Shown: positions 1 through 7,733 of the stretch, piece after piece | Numbering within the stretch: position 1 is the first letter of the stretch | Layout of the letters: each line of letters begins with the position of its first letter | Assembly: GCA_038870635.1 (NCBI GenBank) | Contig: JAVZJR010000001.1 | Coordinates: 291,700 to 338,900 of the forward strand | Reading direction: 5' to 3' | Origin: Candidatus Bilamarchaeaceae archaeon | GTDB taxonomy: Archaea; Micrarchaeota; Micrarchaeia; Anstonellales; Bilamarchaeaceae | DNA length: 47,201 nt | Notes under the pieces: generated by a model | The model's input: only the letters and a program-made list of their open reading frames with translations | Databases searched by the model: none | What the model was told of the DNA's origin: nothing | Program-made: the position numbers and the translations under genes

Positions 1-870
1 GATAAAAGTACTGAAAAGATTATGGAAAATTTCTTAGTGGATAGCAAAAAGGAATATGATGAATTAAGAGAAAAACTTTACAAATTAGGAGAAAAAGAAA
101 CTCCTTTAGAATTTATTTTAGTAGAACAGAAAATAAGTGAACTCGAGATAAACAACGATGTAAAGACAGCTGTTGAGCTTGAGGAAGCACTAAACAATGC
201 AAAAGAGTATGTAAAAAAAACTGAAGAAAAAACAAATGAAAATCTAAAGGAAATAGAAAAGGAGTATAATAATACAAAACAAGACATCACTATGACGATT
301 ACCCACTACCTTGAAGAAAAAAATGAGGCAAAAGGCACAGAGTGGGAAGGATATTTCACAGTCAATATAGACAAAATAGAAAAAATAAAAAAAGAGGCAG
401 AAATGGCTCTTAATGATAAAAATTATCAATTAGCCACGGCGAAAATAGAACAACTACAAAAACAAAAAAACCTAATAGATGAGATTATAACGCAACTTAA
501 AAAAGATGCTGAGTTTGTATATAATACTGGTGTGGCGAATTATCTAAACAAAAGAGACATGATGAACGCTGAGCTCCAAAAAACCATCAGCGAGACCTTA
601 AACGCTATACAAGAAATGATTAACAAAAAGTCTTATGTAAAAGCATTAAAAAAACTAAAAGATGTATTACAACAAATAGAAGAGTATAAACCAACTACGA
701 TTAATCCATTCCTCATTGCAGCAGCTGGAGTATTAGTAATAGCCGCGGCTACGCTTTACTATTTTAAAAAGAGAGAGATAGAAAAAGGAAGTGGTGGTAT
801 TAAAATAGAGTTGCCAATATTCACACAGAGAAAAAAAGAGTATAAAAGGTTAGAGAGAATAAATGAATAA
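1..870 (+). CDS. Coiled-coil, C-terminally membrane-anchored hypothetical protein (5' partial)
   Basis: Frame is open from base 1 (DKSTEKIM...). E/K-rich helical sequence, single TM (FLIAAAGVLVIAAATLYYF) and a basic tail. Confidence 0.75.
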   Translation, partial: DKSTEKIMENFLVDSKKEYDELREKLYKLGEKETPLEFILVEQKISELEINNDVKTAVELEEALNNAKEYVKKTEEKTNENLKEIEKEYNNTKQDITMTITHYLEEKNEAKGTEWEGYFTVNIDKIEKIKKEAEMALNDKNYQLATAKIEQLQKQKNLIDEIITQLKKDAEFVYNTGVANYLNKRDMMNAELQKTISETLNAIQEMINKKSYVKALKKLKDVLQQIEEYKPTTINPFLIAAAGVLVIAAATLYYFKKREIEKGSGGIKIELPIFTQRKKEYKRLERINE

Positions 871-900
871 CTTTTTAAATTTAAGATGAGAGGTATCTTT

Positions 901-1149
901 ATGGCAGTAGGATTGGAAATCTTAATATCAAATATTGCGGCGTTTTTGCTAAACATAGCGCCCATGCTTTCGCTTATCTTAATAGTTTTGGGTGGGATAA
1001 TTTATGGCCTTTCTTATACGCAGCCAGCGGACAACCGAGGTAAATGGCAAACGACTGGTATTGGTATGGTTGTAGGCGGCATTATAGTTGGCGCAGTTGC
1101 AGGTGCAGCAACCTTAATTCAACAGACGTCAGCTGGTTTGTTGAAATAA
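901..1149 (+). CDS. Small two-TM protein, TrbC/VirB2-like pilin
   Basis: GAGGT SD-like motif before ATG 901 (alternative ATG 886). Two Gly/Ala-rich hydrophobic helices joined by a short charged loop (QPADNRGKWQ), the VirB2/TrbC pilin layout. Confidence 0.55.
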   Translation: MAVGLEILISNIAAFLLNIAPMLSLILIVLGGIIYGLSYTQPADNRGKWQTTGIGMVVGGIIVGAVAGAATLIQQTSAGLLK

Positions 1150-1153
1150 TTTT

Positions 1154-1498
1154 TTATTTTAAATATTTTATAAATTTATTTTTACCATCTACCAAAACTA
1201 CTCTTGGTTTGATAGGTTTTTGTGAAAGTTCGAAGCCCATTATAATAACTTTTTCTCCTTTTTTTATAAGATGCGCAGCAGGTCCATTCATACATATCAC
1301 ACCTGAGTTTCTCTCTCCCTCTATAACATAAGTTTCTAATCGTACGCCGCTATCGAGGCTGCAAACAAGAACTTTTTCGCCACTGAGAAAACCAGCTTTC
1401 TTCATTAAAGTTTTATCTATGGTGATGCTCCCCACATACGAAACATTTGCTTCTGTAACGATAGCGTTATGTATTTTTGACCTCAGAAACCATCGCAA
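1154..1498 (-). CDS. panD: Aspartate 1-decarboxylase (pyruvoyl-dependent)
   Basis: SKIHxAxVT, YVG|SITID self-cleavage site, RLETYVI and NGPAAH motifs; AGGTGA SD before a TTG start. Confidence 0.93.
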   Translation of the reverse strand: MRWFLRSKIHNAIVTEANVSYVGSITIDKTLMKKAGFLSGEKVLVCSLDSGVRLETYVIEGERNSGVICMNGPAAHLIKKGEKVIIMGFELSQKPIKPRVVLVDGKNKFIKYLK

Positions 1499-1502
1499 AC
1501 AA

Positions 1503-1970
1503 TCACCTCTTAAAATTCCTTAAAAGCTTTCTTTTTATTTTATTAATGTTCTTCCAATGGCCGCCATGCCAATAAACATGCTTGCATTTTCTACAAAACC
1601 AAAATTTTCTATGGTGCTCTAAAACTTTTAAGGGAACAAAATATCTAGCTTTATTTTTAGTGATTAAAAAAAGTAAGGAATTGCATTTTGGACAACGTGT
1701 TTTTTCAGGATGAAAGATCTCTTTTCCAGCTACCCTCCTAATTTCTTTTAGTTGAGAGAGAACATCAATAGAACTTATTAGAATATGAGGAATGCCCTTC
1801 TTTACACAAATCTGCGCGAGTTGTTTATCCCGTGTAACAAGCACTCTTTTTGATTTTTTTGCTTTTTTTAAAATCTTTTCGTCTGGCCCTTTTACTAAAT
1901 CGCTATCAACACCAAAAATCCTGCACCAACGAGCAGTTTTTTCAAGCATCTCATCAAAAAGCAATTTCAT
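1503..1970 (-). CDS. Mut7-C RNase (PIN-like plus Zn ribbon) protein
   Basis: LFDEML..ARW.R..G.D, LVTRD, RCPKCN and CRKC..VYW.GGH motifs. Confidence 0.88.
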   Translation of the reverse strand: MKLLFDEMLEKTARWCRIFGVDSDLVKGPDEKILKKAKKSKRVLVTRDKQLAQICVKKGIPHILISSIDVLSQLKEIRRVAGKEIFHPEKTRCPKCNSLLFLITKNKARYFVPLKVLEHHRKFWFCRKCKHVYWHGGHWKNINKIKRKLLRNFKR

Positions 1971-1975
1971 AAAAA

Positions 1976-2281
1976 TTAGGTTAGGGAAATTTTAACGAAG
2001 ACGTTAGTCGGTACTTTAACTTTAAGTATTTGCTTTAGATATTTCTCATTTCCTTCTACTTCGATTACTCTTTTATAAAGACGCTTTTCCCATCTCTCAT
2101 AGGTATCGCTACCATCACCACAAGGAGTGCGTCTGCAAGCGATCACAAAGCGCCTTCGTGGCAATCGCACAGGGCCAACAAAAGTTAGGCCCAAAGTCTT
2201 AGCAACCTCGTTTATCTGGTTTGAAACGTTTTCTAAAGCTTCAACGTCTTCGCTACTCAACTTTATACGTATTTTTGCCAT
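1976..2281 (-). CDS. rps10: 30S ribosomal protein S10 (uS10)
   Basis: KIRIKL.S, GPVRLP and RRTPCGDGSDTYERWE.R.YKR archaeal S10 signature. Confidence 0.96.
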   Translation of the reverse strand: MAKIRIKLSSEDVEALENVSNQINEVAKTLGLTFVGPVRLPRRRFVIACRRTPCGDGSDTYERWEKRLYKRVIEVEGNEKYLKQILKVKVPTNVFVKISLT

Positions 2282-2457
2282 TAAATCACTCTAAAGAAAA
2301 TGATGAGAAATATTTAAGTAAGTAAAAGTTTAAAAATGTCGCACAAAAAATACGAAAATCAAAATTTAGAGCGAATTTAGCTTAAAATTCAAAAAAGACG
2401 TAAAAAAGGGATTAAGTATTTAAATATTTTCATAAATAAAGTTGATACAAGATAAAT

Positions 2458-2871
2458 ATGGGTAAATTAACGCATTTGCATTTGGCGGTCAACGCGAAAA
2501 TAGGCCCAGATTTTAAGGTGCTTTCTCGGGAAAAAGCGCAGGAGTTTGTTAATGAACTAATGCGCATAACCGATATGAAGCCCCTGGGTCCTCTTAATTG
2601 GTCGGACGCTGTTGACCTGGATTTCCCGGGACAAAGTTTTGTGCAGATGATAACAACAAGCCACTGCTCTGTACATTATTTCTCTGAAACACGTGAAATC
2701 TATTTTGACCTCTACTCTTGCAAGAAGTTTAACCCAAATGAAGTTATCGAGTTGCTTGACAAGTTTTTCGGTTTAGAAGAATGGCACGGTATGCTTTATC
2801 ACCGCGCGCAGGATGAAAAACCAAAAATAAAAAAATTACAATCAAAAATGAAGTCCAAGGCGTTGAATTAA
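2458..2871 (+). CDS. S-adenosylmethionine decarboxylase-family proenzyme (SpeD/SpeH-like, pyruvoyl)
   Basis: G.S....ITT|SHCSVH.F.E and YFDLYSCK.F, matching the class 1B AdoMetDC pattern (normally LAE|SH.SIHTWPE and D.FTC). Confidence 0.8.
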   Translation: MGKLTHLHLAVNAKIGPDFKVLSREKAQEFVNELMRITDMKPLGPLNWSDAVDLDFPGQSFVQMITTSHCSVHYFSETREIYFDLYSCKKFNPNEVIELLDKFFGLEEWHGMLYHRAQDEKPKIKKLQSKMKSKALN

Positions 2872-3617
2872 TGAGTAAAGGGGAAAAACTCTTTCTCAAA
2901 AAAAGATTAGGGCAGTATTTTTTATGCAATTCTGCTATACTTGAAAGAGAGGTTAGAGAAGCAAACGTACAAGGAAAAGTTGTATTAGAGATAGGTGGAG
3001 GAGATGGACGCCTTACAGAATTTATAGTAAAAGCCGGAGCAAAAAAAATATATGTTGTGGAAAAAGATCAACGTTTTGTTGAAATATTAAAAAACAAATT
3101 CACAAATTCAAAAAATGTTTTTGTATTAGCAGGAGACTTCCTAACGATAGAAATTCCAAAAGATGTAGAAGTTATAATAGGAAACATACCATACTACATA
3201 TCTTCGGATATAATATTTAAATTAAAAAACAAAAATATAGAGCATGCAATACTTATGGTTCAAAAAGAATTTGCTGAAAAGATGGTCGCAAGACCCAAAA
3301 CAAAAAATTATGGTAGATTAAGTGTTACCTCTCAAATATTTTTTGATGTTAAGTTATTGTTTAAAGTTTCGGCACATCAATTTACACCACCGCCAAAAGT
3401 AAGCTCTACTGTCATATCCCTTAAACCAAAGGGGATTTATTTAAATGAAGAAGAAGAGAACTTAATAAGAAAGATATACCAACAAAAAAATAAAAAATTA
3501 AGAAATGTGTTGCCGGGAATAGATTTGATATGGGCAGAAAAAAGAGGGCGAGAATTAGCACCTGCTGAAATACTTCGAATAGTAAAAGCCTATTCACTAA
3601 ATTCTTCTGCTTCATAG
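2871..3617 (+). CDS. ksgA: 16S rRNA adenine dimethyltransferase KsgA/Dim1
   Basis: KRLGQYFL, VLEIGGGDG.LT, GNIPYYISS, LMVQKEFAE, YGRLSV and F.PPPKV.S motifs. Confidence 0.95.
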   Translation: MSKGEKLFLKKRLGQYFLCNSAILEREVREANVQGKVVLEIGGGDGRLTEFIVKAGAKKIYVVEKDQRFVEILKNKFTNSKNVFVLAGDFLTIEIPKDVEVIIGNIPYYISSDIIFKLKNKNIEHAILMVQKEFAEKMVARPKTKNYGRLSVTSQIFFDVKLLFKVSAHQFTPPPKVSSTVISLKPKGIYLNEEEENLIRKIYQQKNKKLRNVLPGIDLIWAEKRGRELAPAEILRIVKAYSLNSSAS

Positions 3618-4153
3618 ATAAAAAATTTTGTTTGTTTATCTCTCCAACCGTTTGGCCCCAACCCTGCTTTAATACTTAAATGTTGTAAAAAATCTATCTT
3701 GCTTGGGAGTTCTTCCCAAACAGCTGGGAGAAAAGTTGCGCGCGCCCATCCACGTTGTATTATCAAACCATGCTTTCCAACTTCTAACTTTTCTAATATT
3801 TCTTCTGGTGAGTTTAGCTTAACCTCAACTGCAGGAGTTAAGTATGATATGCTTATTTTTATTTCGTTTAATTCAGCAGGAGTAAGTGGATAAAAACGTG
3901 GGTCGCCAAAAGCGGCTGCGAGAGCGTTATCGATTACATCTTTGAAAAGTGGTTGGTGTGCTTCAAGACTACCAATACAACCTCGTAACTCTTTTCCTTT
4001 TCTCAATGTGACAAAACAAGCACCAGGTTCAACTAATTTTTTTGTTGGTATTTCAGATGGTACCAGCTCAATTTTCTTATTTGTTTTAAAGTAATACGCT
4101 ATTGCTTTACGAGCAAGTTTAAGTAAAAATTTTTTTTCATCTACTGTAAGCAT
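3590..4153 (-). CDS. AMMECR1-domain protein (AmmeMemoRadiSam protein A)
   Basis: CFVTL, LRGCIG, AAF.DPRF and ATFLP.VW motifs. Confidence 0.93.
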   Translation of the reverse strand: MLTVDEKKFLLKLARKAIAYYFKTNKKIELVPSEIPTKKLVEPGACFVTLRKGKELRGCIGSLEAHQPLFKDVIDNALAAAFGDPRFYPLTPAELNEIKISISYLTPAVEVKLNSPEEILEKLEVGKHGLIIQRGWARATFLPAVWEELPSKIDFLQHLSIKAGLGPNGWRDKQTKFFIYEAEEFSE

Positions 4154-4155
4154 GG

Positions 4156-4941
4156 CTATCCCTCATAAAAAGCAATTGCTGCATAACCCACCACATTAGT
4201 TTTTGGGCCAGCAGTATCCCCAGAATTCCTATAATCAAGAACTTTTACTTTCCATTTTTTAGATTTAGCTATGTGCATGGCGGTTATAATTCCTGTTTTG
4301 CCACATGCATCAATCATTGTTGTGTTTCTAAAATCAAGCGATTCGATTATTTTTATTGTATTTCTATCTATTTTAACTGCGTTCTGATAAGGAAGATAGT
4401 GAGATAAATCAGAACTGATAAGTAAAAGGGTACTGTTATCTAGGGCAGGCTCGAGAGTTTCTGCTAAAAGAGTGGGGGGTATTTCACCTGTTAATAAAGG
4501 ATAAAAAGTGAAATTTTTCAAAACTGTTTGAAGAAAAGGAAGTTGCACTTCTAAACAATGCTCAGGGGCGTGTGCTTGTGGATAGCAATGGATGTTTTTT
4601 ATACCAGTAAGAGAAGAAACACGGCTAATTTTTACATTACCTAAAGGAGTCTGCCAAAAATCATTATCATCTTCTGCTGCACCGATAAAGGCGGCGTAGT
4701 GGGATGGACCAACAGCAATCACGTTCGTAAATTTTTGGTTTATAAGGAGTTTATAACCATAAGCAGCTATGGGACCGGAATAGACATAACCTGCATGCGG
4801 AACAATTAAACATTTCAAACCAGCTAAACCATCTTCTTTAGCATCTTTGATAAAAGAGTTTATCATTTTCTTTAGTTCATTTTCTTCATTTGGATAAAAT
4901 ATTCCAGCAACAGCAGGGTATCTAAACTTCATAGTTAACAC
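4156..4941 (-). CDS. MEMO1-family protein (AmmeMemoRadiSam protein B)
   Basis: PAVAG.FYP, PHAGYVYSG, GPSH, EH.LEVQLPF, SSDLSHY, CG and SGD...VVGY motifs. The real start may be ATG 4932. Confidence 0.93.
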   Translation of the reverse strand: MLTMKFRYPAVAGIFYPNEENELKKMINSFIKDAKEDGLAGLKCLIVPHAGYVYSGPIAAYGYKLLINQKFTNVIAVGPSHYAAFIGAAEDDNDFWQTPLGNVKISRVSSLTGIKNIHCYPQAHAPEHCLEVQLPFLQTVLKNFTFYPLLTGEIPPTLLAETLEPALDNSTLLLISSDLSHYLPYQNAVKIDRNTIKIIESLDFRNTTMIDACGKTGIITAMHIAKSKKWKVKVLDYRNSGDTAGPKTNVVGYAAIAFYEG

Positions 4942-4960
4942 AACATATCTAAAATTTATA

Positions 4961-5479
4961 TTATTTTACTTCTTCAACAATTTCATTTATTGGCCTTCTT
5001 TCATGTGGTTGTGGAGTTTCAGAAGGATAACCTAAAGGCAAAACAACGACGGGCACGGTATGAGAAGGAAGAGAAAGCAAGCGTGATATTTCTAAAGGGT
5101 CGAATGCCCCTACCCAAACACTTCCTAATCCTTCAACAACTGCGGCTAATTGGGCGTACGCTGCAGTTATGGTTGCGTCTTGTATAGCGTAAAGTTCATA
5201 ACCACGCTCTTCGTATTTAGAGTAAGCGCGTTCTTTATCAGCGCAAAAAACAAAAACAACTGGCGCATCCCTAACAAATTCCTGTTCATAACAAGCTGCA
5301 CTTATATCTTCTTTTAATTTTTTATTATAAACAACATAAATTTTATATGATTGAAGGTTTCCAGCAGAAGGCGCAAGAGAAGCGGCCGCTAAAATATTGT
5401 AAATCTTTTCTTTCTCTACTGTTTTTTGTTCATATTTTCTTACTGAAACCCTTTTTTTCAAAACAGAATAAAAATCCAT
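4961..5479 (-). CDS. Nitroreductase family protein
   Basis: R.SVRKY, APSAGNLQ, GLGSVWVG and LGYP motifs. Confidence 0.92.
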   Translation of the reverse strand: MDFYSVLKKRVSVRKYEQKTVEKEKIYNILAAASLAPSAGNLQSYKIYVVYNKKLKEDISAACYEQEFVRDAPVVFVFCADKERAYSKYEERGYELYAIQDATITAAYAQLAAVVEGLGSVWVGAFDPLEISRLLSLPSHTVPVVVLPLGYPSETPQPHERRPINEIVEEVK

Positions 5480-5548
5480 AAATTAAAAATAAGTTTATAT
5501 ATTAAAAATCTTTTGTGGAGAGAATCTGTAGAGAGAAAAATACATTAT

Positions 5549-5620
5549 GGGCTGGTAGATCAACGGTAGATCGCCTTCTTGGCGTGGAGGAGGCTGAGGG
5601 TTCAAATCCCTCCCAGTCCA
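5549..5620 (+). tRNA. tRNA-Ala(GGC)
   Basis: Cloverleaf: acceptor GGGCTGG/CCAGTCC with the G3:U70 Ala determinant, D-stem GATC/GATC, anticodon arm CCTTC-TTGGCGT-GGAGG, T-arm GAGGG-TTCAAAT-CCCTC. CCA is not encoded. Confidence 0.96.
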
Positions 5621-5641
5621 TTTTAAATAAGGTGCTTTTTT

Positions 5642-5947
5642 ATGGGTTTGTTGGAAGAATTTAAAGAGTTTTTAAAAGAATATAAAATTGTTGGCCTTGC
5701 AGTCGTGTTTATAATAAGTAGTGCAGCTACAACTTTAGTACAGTCTTTAGTAAATGATGTTATAATGCTTGTTATAAGTGTTATTTTACCTGAAGGTGAC
5801 TGGCAAACCACTATTTTAAATATAGGCTCAATAAATATAAAATAGGGGATGTTCTTAAGCGCATTGATAAATTTTCTTATAATAGTATTTGTTGTTTTTA
5901 TGGTGGTTAAAATATTGTTAAAAGAGGAAAAAGTTACAAAAAAATAG
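5642..5947 (+). pseudogene. mscL: MscL-family mechanosensitive channel interrupted by an in-frame TAG
   Basis: EFKEFL.EY..VGLAV.FI N-terminus and LV.SLVNDVIM. TAG at 5843-5845, after which the same frame continues GMFLSALINFLIIVFVVFMVVK...KK* (TM2) to 5947. Confidence 0.82.
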
Positions 5948-5976
5948 ATAGGGACCCCTTACTTCCACTAATCTTC

Positions 5977-6222
5977 CTATTCTATTTCTTCTATATTAGA
6001 TGTAAAAATCTTATAAACTAATAAATTTTTTTCTGTTTTTTTGTAAGTTTTGAAAAATTCATCAAAAATATTTTCTTTGTTGTCAGGAACCAGGATAACA
6101 GAACGATTAAACCAGTTTTTTTTATCAATCGGTAATTTGTTTAAATTATAGTAAAATTTCCTTTTTTGTCTGTTAAACTCTTTTTTGTTTTTGAATTTTA
6201 AATCATAAATATAAATTATCAA
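5977..6222 (-). CDS. Small Cas2/VapD-like (ferredoxin-fold) protein
   Basis: IYIYDL first strand with Asp, basic helix KRKFYYNL, and W..RSVILVP resembling the Cas2 Q.SVF motif; AGGTGA SD before TTG. Confidence 0.55.
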   Translation of the reverse strand: MIIYIYDLKFKNKKEFNRQKRKFYYNLNKLPIDKKNWFNRSVILVPDNKENIFDEFFKTYKKTEKNLLVYKIFTSNIEEIE

Positions 6223-6241
6223 AAAATCACCTTTAACCTTA

Positions 6242-6271
6242 TTTGTAATTTTATGTATCTATAGTTACAAA
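6242..6271. promoter_or_regulatory. Inverted repeat TTTGTAA-N16-TTACAAA upstream of the Cas2-like gene (candidate operator)
   Basis: Perfect 7-bp arms at 6242-6248 and 6265-6271, between an AT-only TATA-like stretch (~6272-6284) and the start codon. Confidence 0.35.
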
Positions 6272-6338
6272 AATATTTAATATTATCATTTAAATGAAGA
6301 AAAATAGTGGAAGTGTACCCTCTATATTTATTTTATTT

Positions 6339-7733
6339 TTAATAAAAAGAGCATAGTTTGTTTATTTTGCACCTAATGTAAAAAGAATACTCCACAAACT
6401 TTCGTAGTGTTTTTATAGCGGCAGCTGGTGAAGTAAATGTGGTTATCTCTTTACTTTCCATTATTTTTCTGTAAACCTCAGTGTACTCCCCACCAATCGT
6501 TACCACTATAATTGGTTTTTTTCTTTGCTCTACTACTTTCCCAATAACATTTATCAAACGTTCATCTAATGTTGGTGTTTGGAAAAGAACCGCTATAACA
6601 ATCATATCTATTTTATCGTTATTTAAATAAATATTTATTGTTTTTTCATACGATTCCACAGTTGCGTCCGCAGCCATGTCTAAAGGGTTTCTCGCATTTA
6701 CATAAGGTGGGATCACTTTTTTGAGTTCTTCAATTATTTTTTCATCAAATTCTGCCAACTCTAAACCTTCTTTTTCTATTGCATCTGTGGTTAATACACC
6801 CAACCCACCACCATTAGTTATTACACCAACTCGTTTTCCAGTTGCTAATGGTTGTGAGAAAATCCTCATTAAATTAAAAAGTTCATCAACATCTTGCGCT
6901 TCGACAACCTTTGCTTGCCTGAATGCTGCTTTGTAAGCAAGATAATTTCCTGCCAAATTTCCTGTATGAGATACCGCAGCCTTTTTTCCTTGTTCGCCTT
7001 TTCCAGCTTTTAATACAACTATTGGTTTTTTCTTATTGACTTTATTTATCGTTTTTAAAAATTTTCTACCTTTTTTTATTCCTTCAATATATAAAATTAT
7101 TGTTTTTGTTTTTTTATCTTTTCCTAAAAATTCAAGAAGGTCGCATTCATCAATAACCGTGCCATTACCATAAGAAATGAATTTTGAAACACCTATGTTA
7201 TACTTAGCAGCTAAATCCAACATAACAGACCCAACAGCGCCACTTTGAGTTATAAAGGAGATGTCCCCTGCGCGTGGTCTACCTAATTTATACATTGGAA
7301 AAAAAATACTGTCCACGTGATTATAAGGGTTATAGATTCCAAGACAATTCGGTCCTATTACTGCTAAGTTATATTCCTTTGCATATTTTTTTATTTCATC
7401 TGCAAGATCTTTTCGCCCAACTTCTTCGAATCCACCACTTAATATCACAGCCCCCTTCACTCCTTTTAATCCACACTCTTTCACTACTAATGGAACTGCT
7501 GGGGCGGGTACTGCTATAAGAGCACAATCAACTCTTTTTTTAATATCTAAAACAGTTTTGTAACATTTTAATCCTAATATCTCATCATACTTTGGGTTAA
7601 CAGGATATAGCTGACCAGCATATCTCCCCTCAATAAGATTGCGGAGGATTACATAACCAACTTTATCTGTTTTTTGTGTTGCACCGATTACAGCGATAGC
7701 TTTTGGTTCAAATATTTTATTTATCTCATTCAT
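6339..7733 (-). CDS. acdA: Acetate-CoA ligase (ADP-forming) alpha subunit
   Basis: F.PK.IAVIGA, GPNCLG, QSGA, AAVSHTG phospho-His, TNGGG.GV and NPLD motifs. Confidence 0.93.
   Translation of the reverse strand: MNEINKIFEPKAIAVIGATQKTDKVGYVILRNLIEGRYAGQLYPVNPKYDEILGLKCYKTVLDIKKRVDCALIAVPAPAVPLVVKECGLKGVKGAVILSGGFEEVGRKDLADEIKKYAKEYNLAVIGPNCLGIYNPYNHVDSIFFPMYKLGRPRAGDISFITQSGAVGSVMLDLAAKYNIGVSKFISYGNGTVIDECDLLEFLGKDKKTKTIILYIEGIKKGRKFLKTINKVNKKKPIVVLKAGKGEQGKKAAVSHTGNLAGNYLAYKAAFRQAKVVEAQDVDELFNLMRIFSQPLATGKRVGVITNGGGLGVLTTDAIEKEGLELAEFDEKIIEELKKVIPPYVNARNPLDMAADATVESYEKTINIYLNNDKIDMIVIAVLFQTPTLDERLINVIGKVVEQRKKPIIVVTIGGEYTEVYRKIMESKEITTFTSPAAAIKTLRKFVEYSFYIRCKINKLCSFY

Larger units (their letters stand above)
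5961..6314. repeat. 10-bp inverted repeat pair (ACTTCCACTA 5961-5970 / TAGTGGAAGT 6305-6314) bracketing the Cas2-like gene
   Basis: Exact reverse complements in otherwise very AT-rich intergenic DNA, with weak extra similarity in the flanks (AGGG outside, TCTTC inside). Confidence 0.6.

Noticed and set aside
5843..5845. Genome-wide TAG recoding or pyrrolysine
   Set aside because: TAG terminates ksgA, MEMO1, pheT, the KaiC-like gene and mscL itself at expected positions, and no pyl genes are in the window.
5549..6340. tRNA-anchored integrated element with att duplication
   Set aside because: I did not find a second copy of the tRNA 3' end, and no integrase is present.
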